From Spirochaetia bacterium (GTDB taxonomy: Bacteria > Spirochaetota > Spirochaetia > UBA9216), in assembly GCA_963675665.1 (NCBI GenBank), contig OY776510.1, positions 672,001 through 736,000 on the forward strand: a DNA stretch of 64,000 bases, in the 5' to 3' direction. The notes beneath the pieces are model-generated. The model searched no databases, was not told the DNA's origin, and worked only from the letters and a program-made list of their open reading frames with translations. Made by a program: the position numbers and the translations under genes. Each line of letters opens with the position of its first letter. The first letter of the stretch is position 1. Positions 56,596 to 64,000 of the stretch are shown here, one piece after another.

Positions 56596-57474
56596 ATGAA
56601 AAAAATCAATCTGTCCAGATTCTGTCAATCAAAACTGAATGTTATGATGTTCAAACGTTTTAATCCGCAGCTTTGTTTTAATTATATGCAGCTGCTCGGC
56701 AGGATATATTACGCGGTTAACCGAAAGGAACGTGAATTAATCAGTCAGAACATCCGGGATCTTCTTGAAGGAAAGGATGAGTCCTATATCAGGAAAACTA
56801 CAAAAGAAGCTTTCCGCGGAATATTCACCCATTACTTTGAAAAAATGTTTTCTGCTTACAAAAATTATCCGGACATAAAAAGATTCATCAACGAAAAATT
56901 CAAAATAGAAAATGAGCATCTGATCAGAAATGCGCTCAACGGAGGCAAGGGTGTTGTTATGGTAACCGCACACTGGGGCGCCGTCGAATTTATTCCCTGG
57001 CTGCTGGCTTTACGGGGGTATCCGTTGAGTGTAATCCTTGAATGTCAGACTCCTCTGCTGATGAAAGCACTGACTGATAAAACCAGGTTTGTCGATACCG
57101 AGCTCGTAATGGAAGAAAACTGCAATGTCCTGTTTACTGCATTCGACTGTCTGAAAAGAAACAGGGTTCTTATGACTGAATGTGATGAAGTTGATAAATG
57201 GCGCCGAAGAAAAAATCAGACAATCAGTCTCTTCGGAAAAACCCTTTATTTCGACAATACGCTTGATATCCTTGCCAAAAAAGCCGACTGCCCGGTAATA
57301 GGAACATTTCTTAAACGAAACCAGGACGGTACTTACACCCTTCTGCTTGAAGAGATAAAGAGGGAAGAGGGAACAGCGAAAAATGCGCTGGAACTCTGGC
57401 AAAAATATGTTTCGGAATCACCGGAACAGTGGTATCAATGGAAAAAATGGAAAAAAATGAAGGCTGTCAGTTAA
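56596..57474 (+). CDS. Lysophospholipid/lipid A-type acyltransferase (LpxL/HtrB-like)
   Basis: GKGVVMVTAHWGAVE, FGK, PEQWYQW; start ATG 56596 after GAGGAG. Confidence 0.85.
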   Translation: MKKINLSRFCQSKLNVMMFKRFNPQLCFNYMQLLGRIYYAVNRKERELISQNIRDLLEGKDESYIRKTTKEAFRGIFTHYFEKMFSAYKNYPDIKRFINEKFKIENEHLIRNALNGGKGVVMVTAHWGAVEFIPWLLALRGYPLSVILECQTPLLMKALTDKTRFVDTELVMEENCNVLFTAFDCLKRNRVLMTECDEVDKWRRRKNQTISLFGKTLYFDNTLDILAKKADCPVIGTFLKRNQDGTYTLLLEEIKREEGTAKNALELWQKYVSESPEQWYQWKKWKKMKAVS

Positions 57475-58235
57475 TCGTTCATTATCCTTTTTATTTCATC
57501 CTGAAGGGTTTCATACATAAAGCTGTGAATTCTGCTTCTGGTGTCGGCGGTGGTTGTCTTGTCAAAGAGCAATACGTATGTTGTACCGCCGGCATCAACC
57601 CGTGTTCCCATTATCGGGCCGGAAACACGGGCAATCTTTCCGCGCAGTTTGAGCTGAATATCCGAAAGAACTGAATGCACCTGAAGTACCTGTTCCTGGT
57701 CCAGCATAAATGCCATTCCGACCGAACTGATATCCCTGATGCGTCCGGATAAGAATTTTTCATTGATCTTGACATTCAGTTCGGTATTCTGCAGATTCCA
57801 GCAGTTGATACGAAGGTACTTACGCCTTCCCTTTGCTTCATTTGCATCAAGGGTCTTAAGGATTATCCGGCGGCTCTGTTCTAGTCCGAGTTTCAGTTTG
57901 ATATATCCGCAGGGTATCATTAAATCCATCAGATATGATTGTGCAAGAGCCTTGTCTTCATTATAGGTGAGCACCCCTATCTGGGCGGAATTGTCATCAG
58001 AGGACATCATCTCTTTTATATATTCCTGCCAACCCTTTGTATCAAGATTGTCGTCGATATTAACATAAACAATCGGTTCGTCAAAATCACAGATCACTGA
58101 ACGGAATTTTTTGTGATCTGAAACAAGATAAACAGCATATTCATTTGAAACAAGTTCGCGAACAAGATCCTGCTGAACAACCGAATGAGGATAAAGAAAA
58201 AATACTTTTTTAGCCATAAATGTATTGCGATCCAT
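57471..58235 (-). CDS. PilZ-domain c-di-GMP receptor (spirochaete PlzA-like)
   Basis: RRKYLR (RxxxR) and DISSVG (DxSxxG). Confidence 0.85.
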   Translation of the reverse strand: MDRNTFMAKKVFFLYPHSVVQQDLVRELVSNEYAVYLVSDHKKFRSVICDFDEPIVYVNIDDNLDTKGWQEYIKEMMSSDDNSAQIGVLTYNEDKALAQSYLMDLMIPCGYIKLKLGLEQSRRIILKTLDANEAKGRRKYLRINCWNLQNTELNVKINEKFLSGRIRDISSVGMAFMLDQEQVLQVHSVLSDIQLKLRGKIARVSGPIMGTRVDAGGTTYVLLFDKTTTADTRSRIHSFMYETLQDEIKRIMND

Positions 58236-58268
58236 TAACACCTCTTTATGTTATGATAAAATGATATT

Positions 58269-58832
58269 ATGATTATTTCTACCTTTCTTGGTAATAATGG
58301 CAAAAAATATGAGCTGACGCGGCACAACCTGCCGTGGATGATGCTTACTTATCTCAGTTTTTATCACAGTCTTCGCTGGTCTGAAAAATTCAAGGGTGAA
58401 TATTCCAAATTCGGAAATCCTGAACTCCTGATTCTCAAACCCCGTATATTTATGAATAACAGCGGGGAGAGCGTTGTTTCAGCCATGTCTTTCTTCAAGC
58501 TCAAACCTGCTGATCTTCTGGTAATTCATGATGATCTGGAACTTCCTTTCGGCACAGTTCAACTGAAAAAAGGCGGCGGAGCCGGAGGGCATAACGGGTT
58601 GCGCTCCATTATCAGGCAAACCGGCAGTTCGGACTTTTTCAGATTCAGGCTTGGCATATCGAGACCCCCGGCAGGACGCGATGTTTCATCCTGGGTACTC
58701 AGCAGGTTTTCTTCCGACGAAGAGGCAATTCTTCCTGATTACCTGAGAAAGGCAGCAGAACTGTACGAACAGGTACTCGCCGGAGGGCTGAAACCGGAAG
58801 CTAAAATAAAACTTTTTGAACCCCGGGATTGA
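58269..58832 (+). CDS. pth: Peptidyl-tRNA hydrolase
   Basis: LGN..Y..TRHN, KP..FMNNSG, VIHDDLELP, GGHNGLRSI, RLGI. Confidence 0.94.
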   Translation: MIISTFLGNNGKKYELTRHNLPWMMLTYLSFYHSLRWSEKFKGEYSKFGNPELLILKPRIFMNNSGESVVSAMSFFKLKPADLLVIHDDLELPFGTVQLKKGGGAGGHNGLRSIIRQTGSSDFFRFRLGISRPPAGRDVSSWVLSRFSSDEEAILPDYLRKAAELYEQVLAGGLKPEAKIKLFEPRD

Positions 58833-58862
58833 TATTGGTTCTTTGATAGCTTACTCTTTAGT

Positions 58863-59426
58863 ATGAGGAAACTGATGTTTGTTAAAGCTGAAATCTGGAA
58901 TGTAGCGCATACCGATCAGGGTTACGCAGTGCTGGTAAAACCAATCGGCCATAATGATGCAATTCCGATATTTATAGGACAGATAGAAGCCCAGTCCATT
59001 CTGATAGGAATGGGAGACATTCCAATGCCGAGACCCAACACCCATGATTTACTGATTACAAGCCTGGCAAAAACCGGCTGCACCCTCGAAAAGATCGAAA
59101 TTTCGGAAATTAAGGACGGTATTTTTTATTCAACCGTATATATAAAAACGATAACCGGGACTGTTCAGGTGGATTCCAGACCGTCGGACAGTATAGCTCT
59201 TGCAATAAGAGCAGATTGTCCCATTTTCATATCTGAAGAAGTTATTGATGAGGCCGGCGTCTCGCTTCAGTTCATTACCGAAAAAACGGAAAAACTCAAT
59301 TCCGACTATGATCGGGAACGAATAAAACTGGAAAAAGAACTGGACGAGGCTGTTAAGCTCGAAAATTACGAAGCTGCAGCCGAAATCCGCGATCGGCTGA
59401 AAAAACTGGATGAAGAGTTTTTTTAA
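58863..59426 (+). CDS. Bifunctional nuclease (DUF151) family protein with C-terminal UVR motif
   Basis: IPIFIG..EA, PRPNTHDL, DSRPSDSIALA, AVKLENYEAAAEIRD. Confidence 0.9.
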   Translation: MRKLMFVKAEIWNVAHTDQGYAVLVKPIGHNDAIPIFIGQIEAQSILIGMGDIPMPRPNTHDLLITSLAKTGCTLEKIEISEIKDGIFYSTVYIKTITGTVQVDSRPSDSIALAIRADCPIFISEEVIDEAGVSLQFITEKTEKLNSDYDRERIKLEKELDEAVKLENYEAAAEIRDRLKKLDEEFF

Positions 59427-59526
59427 TAAACGATGAATAACCGTCCGGCGGCATCCCATTCTTCCCGGTTTATTATTTTATAAAGTTCTTGACCTCTGAA
59501 TCCCGTATATGTAAACTTGATTTCAA

Positions 59527-60171
59527 ATGAGCAGAACAATCCTTTTGACCAGCGGATCAAGATACAGCAGCTTAATAAACCGGAAAATGAAGCAGAGCGG
59601 CGAATCTGTTATACTGCTGACCGACGGAAACGAACCTCCGGCAGAGCAGGCTGTAAAAAATGAACTTCAGGTTGTATGGAATAAACGCTCTCCGCTTTCC
59701 GCCCGAAACGCCGTGCTGTCCGCGCTGAATTCATATAACGGCATTGACGAGGCAGTCCTTACTTATCAACCCGGCGGTTCAAATAAAACTTTTCACGAAA
59801 CCTCTTCGGCAGTATACGATCTTCAGGTAGACCGCTGGATAAAGGGATTCGGATATCTTCTAAAAGAACTTATCCAGCTTTTTCTGAAACAGCAGCACGG
59901 TCAAATATCTTTTATCCTTGATAAAAACGGAATGAAGGTTATGACGCCTCTTGAAAGCGCCATATTCAGCTATCTGAAAAATCTGATACAGAACCTTTCC
60001 GTCCTTTACCAGAATGAGCCGTTCAATATTCTCTGTTTCGAATCGGATACAAGCCGGAAAGACGATTTTTTGGATTTTTTCATTAAAACATCGGCGGAAA
60101 CAAAACATACACCGGGAAAGATTTATCGTTTCGTTGATAAAAAAGGCCTGTTTGACTTCACCAGAAATTAA
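59527..60171 (+). CDS. Hypothetical protein, degenerate SDR/Rossmann-like
   Basis: TILLT start, WNKRSPLSAR, IDEAVL; lacks GxxxGxG and YxxxK; promoter TTGACC-17-TAAACT. Confidence 0.6.
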   Translation: MSRTILLTSGSRYSSLINRKMKQSGESVILLTDGNEPPAEQAVKNELQVVWNKRSPLSARNAVLSALNSYNGIDEAVLTYQPGGSNKTFHETSSAVYDLQVDRWIKGFGYLLKELIQLFLKQQHGQISFILDKNGMKVMTPLESAIFSYLKNLIQNLSVLYQNEPFNILCFESDTSRKDDFLDFFIKTSAETKHTPGKIYRFVDKKGLFDFTRN

Positions 60172-60186
60172 TTATACTGTATCGAT

Positions 60187-61416
60187 ATGAAAATATGGTT
60201 AAAACTATTAATAGGTACTTTCGTCGGTATCCTTGCCGGCCTTTTTTTTCCGGAAACATGGTCGGATCTGAAAATCATTGAGCAGTTGTCCGTACTTGCA
60301 ATAAACATCGGGCGGTATGCTCTTTTCCCGCTTGTGTTCTTTACCGTTGTTACCGGCATACACACCCTTGTCCAGAAAAAAAAGGTGTTCGGTCTGATGA
60401 GCCGCACTGTTATCTATATGGTTATAGTCAGCGCAATTCTCGCTGTATTCGGATCAGTCTCGGTTTTACTGATTTCACCTGAAAGAATACCGGTTTTCAT
60501 TGAAGAAAGCGCAAAAGTAACCCAGCAGGGATTTTACAATACCCTGCTTGCCATATTCCCCAGGAATTTCTTCAGCGTTATTCTTCAAAACGGCGATCAA
60601 ATCCTCCCGATTTTCATTATGGCGGTTCTGGTTGGGTTTAATATGAATTTCGACAAGGTTGTCACAAGAGCGGCTGTTCAGCTGTTTGAATCCGTGTCAG
60701 GTATTTTTTATCATATTAATTCGTTTATAATCGAGTTGATGGGGTTTTTTATGGTTCCGATGGCCTGGTATATAACGGAACAGATAATAAACACATCAGA
60801 AATTGAACTTTTCAAACAGATGCTTTTTGCTATTACTGCAGATGTTCTGATAATTATTTTTATCATATATCCCGTTATTCTTTATTTCATCACAGGCAGA
60901 AAAAACCCGTATAAATGGATCTACGCGGCACTTGCCCCTTCGATTGCAGCGGTAGCTTCCGGCGACAGTCTTTTTTGCCTGGGCCTTCAGATTAAAAACA
61001 GTTCAGAAAATATGGGCAGCCGAAAAGAGACAGGCGCAGTCAGCCTGCCTCTGCTGGCAGTCTTTGGAAAAGCAGGGACGGCAATGATCACCGGCGTTTC
61101 TTTTATTGTGATTTTAAAGTCATATTCCAGCCTCGGGCTGAATTTGTCGGGCGTAATCTGGGTCTCAACCTTTGCATTTCTTTCATCATTCATAGTCGGA
61201 CCGTTTCCGGGTTCGGGCGTCTTTGTTGCAGTATCGCTTCTCTGCGGAATTTACGGAAGAGGCATTGAAGAAGGTTACCTGATTCTTAAACCTGTACTGC
61301 CGATACTTTTCAGTGTAAGCGTTATGATAGACACACTGACAAATTCACTTATTTCAATGATTGTATCCAGAAATATCGGATTGCATGAAGAGGTTCCTGC
61401 AGGAAAATTCCGGTAA
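60187..61416 (+). CDS. Dicarboxylate/amino acid:cation symporter (DAACS) family protein
   Basis: Highly hydrophobic; PLVFF, IFPRNF, ASGDS, GKAGTAM; divergent. Confidence 0.75.
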   Translation: MKIWLKLLIGTFVGILAGLFFPETWSDLKIIEQLSVLAINIGRYALFPLVFFTVVTGIHTLVQKKKVFGLMSRTVIYMVIVSAILAVFGSVSVLLISPERIPVFIEESAKVTQQGFYNTLLAIFPRNFFSVILQNGDQILPIFIMAVLVGFNMNFDKVVTRAAVQLFESVSGIFYHINSFIIELMGFFMVPMAWYITEQIINTSEIELFKQMLFAITADVLIIIFIIYPVILYFITGRKNPYKWIYAALAPSIAAVASGDSLFCLGLQIKNSSENMGSRKETGAVSLPLLAVFGKAGTAMITGVSFIVILKSYSSLGLNLSGVIWVSTFAFLSSFIVGPFPGSGVFVAVSLLCGIYGRGIEEGYLILKPVLPILFSVSVMIDTLTNSLISMIVSRNIGLHEEVPAGKFR

Positions 61417-61430
61417 CTTTTCCCGAAAGG

Positions 61431-62105
61431 TTACAACCGCCAGACAATTCCAATTTCGGGTTCGATGATCAGCTGATCGTGGAACCCGGCGACATCACCG
61501 TCCCAAATGTGATAAACCGGAAGGTTCGTTCCGACTTTTACCCTTAAAGCGGTATTTTCCCCGTAAGACCAGGAAAAAAAGCCGCCTGCATAAAACCCCA
61601 GAAACCTTGCAGCGCTGAAATAATACTGTCGGGCTATTGCCCTATGCTCCGCATCAACGGCATCTTCATAGGCGGTTAAAGGAAATCTGAAAGTAAACAC
61701 CGGCGCCCCGGTTACACCCAGCATTATGCTGTTGCCAATATTAAAAACTGCACCTGTTTCCGGCCTCAACTCAATATTCAGGACGCCCATCCTGTTGGCG
61801 GTCTCTATTGCCGCCGGTACCGGCTTATATGTTGAATCTTCGAGGACCGCCAGAATAACCGAAGTACTGTAAACCCTTAATCCCGGTTCAAAATACAGAA
61901 TATCGGTAAATGTCATCGGAACCGATACTCCGAACATCGGCGCCGCAACTGCAGGCGCCGGGCTTATATCGATAGATTCTCCATTCAGTATTATTGCGTT
62001 GCCGGCGTTTATGGCGATTCCCTCCAGATTGAAACTGAAAACCGCTGCCGGGAAAATTATAAATGTGAGAAGAAGGCCTGCTGTCCTTCGAAAATTAAAC
62101 ATCAT
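61431..62105 (-). CDS. Exported hypothetical protein, possible outer-membrane beta-barrel
   Basis: Signal peptide, alternating beta-strand pattern, C-terminal IGIVWRL. Confidence 0.6.
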   Translation of the reverse strand: MMFNFRRTAGLLLTFIIFPAAVFSFNLEGIAINAGNAIILNGESIDISPAPAVAAPMFGVSVPMTFTDILYFEPGLRVYSTSVILAVLEDSTYKPVPAAIETANRMGVLNIELRPETGAVFNIGNSIMLGVTGAPVFTFRFPLTAYEDAVDAEHRAIARQYYFSAARFLGFYAGGFFSWSYGENTALRVKVGTNLPVYHIWDGDVAGFHDQLIIEPEIGIVWRL

Positions 62106-63235
62106 CTTCCGTTGAGTATATCACGCATTTTTATATACATCATACCTGAACGCCCGGTGTAAAGAAAACGGGTTTCTTCCCAGCTTACAATCATGTCATC
62201 GCCGGACACCCAGACATCCTTGTATTCAAAATCCGCCGGAAGCCCGGGCAGCTGAAGTCGCCTGATATTGTTTCCGCATAAAAGAATTTCATCTCCGGAT
62301 AAAATATACCATACCTCGCCGTCGCGGCAGGCGGGCAGCTCCATTGGAACAGCTTTATTCCGTTCAGTTGCAGGCGGAGCCGGCGAATAATAATAAAGCG
62401 GAGCATCCTCACCGGGTTTTGCCGTGGTAAGCCTGAGATAAATTGCTCCTGCAGTTCTGAGTTCTTCACCCGCAGCACCCTCGCGCACAGCCCTGATAAA
62501 ACCCCGCAGGGCAAAAGGCCCGTTGACCATCGACTGCAGACTGTATTCGTCTCTGAAATATTTTTCATCAATTTCATCTGCCGGCAGGCCGTTTTCATCA
62601 TGCCTGATATACCGGAACCTGGTTTTCTTGTCATCCGTATACTTCCAGGCTATAAAGCTGCAGTCATCCTTTCGAATAAACTCCACCGGCTCCCATCCGG
62701 GATTCCCTTCTTCAAACCCGGTTTCTACTTCACTGAAGCTGAATCTGTTTCCATCCGCAGGGTCAATGCGAACAATTACCGGACCGGGGTTTTCTGCCTG
62801 TAAAGATATATCGCTGAACATGCTGTCGCAGTATAAATGAATATAGATGTGGTTTTCTTCGGAATAAACCGTTCCTACCGTCCGTCCTTCCGTCAGCCGG
62901 ACAAAGTCTTCCGCCTCTGCTCGTTCGGGAGAAACAGGCCCGTCCGTCACGCCGGATAAACCGGAAAAAAGCGGATACCCGGCGTTTACAACCAGAACTG
63001 TCCTGTCGTCCGTTTCTGCAAATCCGGAAAGCCTTATCTGTGCGGTCCAGGGTTTAAATTCTTTTTGAGGTATATCAAGCAGATTGTCTCCGGCCAGCTG
63101 AATATATTCAGGGTATCCGTCGGTAAAATAGTAAACCGAGGTATTTGTTATCCAGCCTTCTTCTGAAAAAACCGCCGCAGCCGCGACGGTTATTATCATG
63201 AATAAAAAGACAGTTGATCTGATTAGCTTTTTCAA
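62102..63235 (-). CDS. Exported hypothetical protein
   Basis: Signal peptide MKKLIR..AAAAVFS; C-terminal WEETRF..GRSG; 4-bp overlaps with both neighbours. Confidence 0.65.
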   Translation of the reverse strand: MKKLIRSTVFLFMIITVAAAAVFSEEGWITNTSVYYFTDGYPEYIQLAGDNLLDIPQKEFKPWTAQIRLSGFAETDDRTVLVVNAGYPLFSGLSGVTDGPVSPERAEAEDFVRLTEGRTVGTVYSEENHIYIHLYCDSMFSDISLQAENPGPVIVRIDPADGNRFSFSEVETGFEEGNPGWEPVEFIRKDDCSFIAWKYTDDKKTRFRYIRHDENGLPADEIDEKYFRDEYSLQSMVNGPFALRGFIRAVREGAAGEELRTAGAIYLRLTTAKPGEDAPLYYYSPAPPATERNKAVPMELPACRDGEVWYILSGDEILLCGNNIRRLQLPGLPADFEYKDVWVSGDDMIVSWEETRFLYTGRSGMMYIKMRDILNGR

Positions 63236-63921
63236 TGCAGATTTACGGTTTCGATCATATACCGGATACTCGGACCTGTTCCGTCTACGACTTCTTTCTC
63301 GACGACAAAAACAAGCGATTTTTCATCAGGAGCAAATGCAACCTGTTTAATCCGGTATTTCAAAACCCCTTCCCTTTTATAATCCGGAAGCCCTATCTTG
63401 TATGTTCTTGTTGTATTCGTCTTGTCGGTAAACGTCAAATCTATATGAAAAGAAGAACTGGGCTCCTTTTCCGTTCCGAACTGCTGCTGAACCAGGGAAA
63501 CCTTGTATCTTCCGTTGTTCTTGAAATCACGGAATTCAAGCGTATTTTTTGGCTCTGCGCCATTAATAAGAAGATATACTATCCGGCCCTTATTAAGATG
63601 ATCGACATTGAAGGCTTTAATCCTGTCGTGATTTTCACTGAGCAGATTAAAAAGCGCTCCGCTTCCGTCCTGTCCCGGCTGAAGATTCGCAGGATAAACC
63701 TTTTTATAGACACCGTCGGCAGCAAACCTGTTTTCTGTTACCTTGACAGTATAAACTTCCGCATAGGGTTTTGATGTATTATATTCGATTCCATAGAGAC
63801 CGAACATGAAATACTCTGAATTTCCAGAGAAACCGAGATTCACATAATCGGCTACATCTCCGGCATAACCGGAAATTGCACATGATATCAGAATCAGGAT
63901 CAAAACAATTTTCCTGTTCAT
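63232..63921 (-). CDS. DUF2259-like secreted protein
   Basis: Signal peptide then AGDVADYVNLGFS..YFMFGLYG; C-terminal SIRYMIET. Confidence 0.72.
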   Translation of the reverse strand: MNRKIVLILILISCAISGYAGDVADYVNLGFSGNSEYFMFGLYGIEYNTSKPYAEVYTVKVTENRFAADGVYKKVYPANLQPGQDGSGALFNLLSENHDRIKAFNVDHLNKGRIVYLLINGAEPKNTLEFRDFKNNGRYKVSLVQQQFGTEKEPSSSFHIDLTFTDKTNTTRTYKIGLPDYKREGVLKYRIKQVAFAPDEKSLVFVVEKEVVDGTGPSIRYMIETVNLH

Positions 63922-64000
63922 TGAATGCCTCCCTTTCTGTTTATCGAACATTTTTAAAGATTTCTATAGTAAAATTATTCACTGATATCTATAATAATAG

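Overview
A 64-kb chromosomal segment that looks like a free-living anaerobic spirochaete, judged from 'FAGGQ/FASGS'-type signal peptides, a PlzA-like PilZ protein, DUF2259 and spirochaete-type hypothetical proteins; the taxon is inferred, not proven. In order it carries: a pectin/hexuronate module (TRAP dctPQ, kduI, kduD, IclR/KdgR with two operators); tkt; a three-gene NuoE/NuoF/GltD-NuoG electron-bifurcating-type oxidoreductase without an H-cluster; an NYN protein, srkA and an SGNH hydrolase; an AfuABC-like ABC transporter with a divergent two-component system and a duplicated ATPase; a five-gene operon (MarR, ArsM-like methyltransferase, an unannotated 31-aa Cys-rich peptide, a radical SAM/SPASM maturase, a Trx-TrxR fusion); lspA; tRNA-Ala(CGC) followed by 143-bp tRNA-derived structured repeats; a full chemotaxis cluster; an ECF sigma/vWA pair; trxB; thyA-DGC-folA; Ktr/Trk; a heterodimeric ABC exporter; an enolase-family/PP-loop/V4R-GAF-HD-GYP/acyltransferase cluster; and housekeeping or hypothetical genes. 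The best candidate for an undescribed system is 21040-25127: a putative radical-SAM RiPP cluster whose precursor (MKSLIKKKPEGKKETAQCCAKLSKVVAGCHD, 22286-22381) is below the ORF-track cutoff and sits among arsenic-methylation-type and thiol-redox genes. No CRISPR array, rRNA, integrase or transposase was seen. All calls come from reading motifs by eye; no database search was run.
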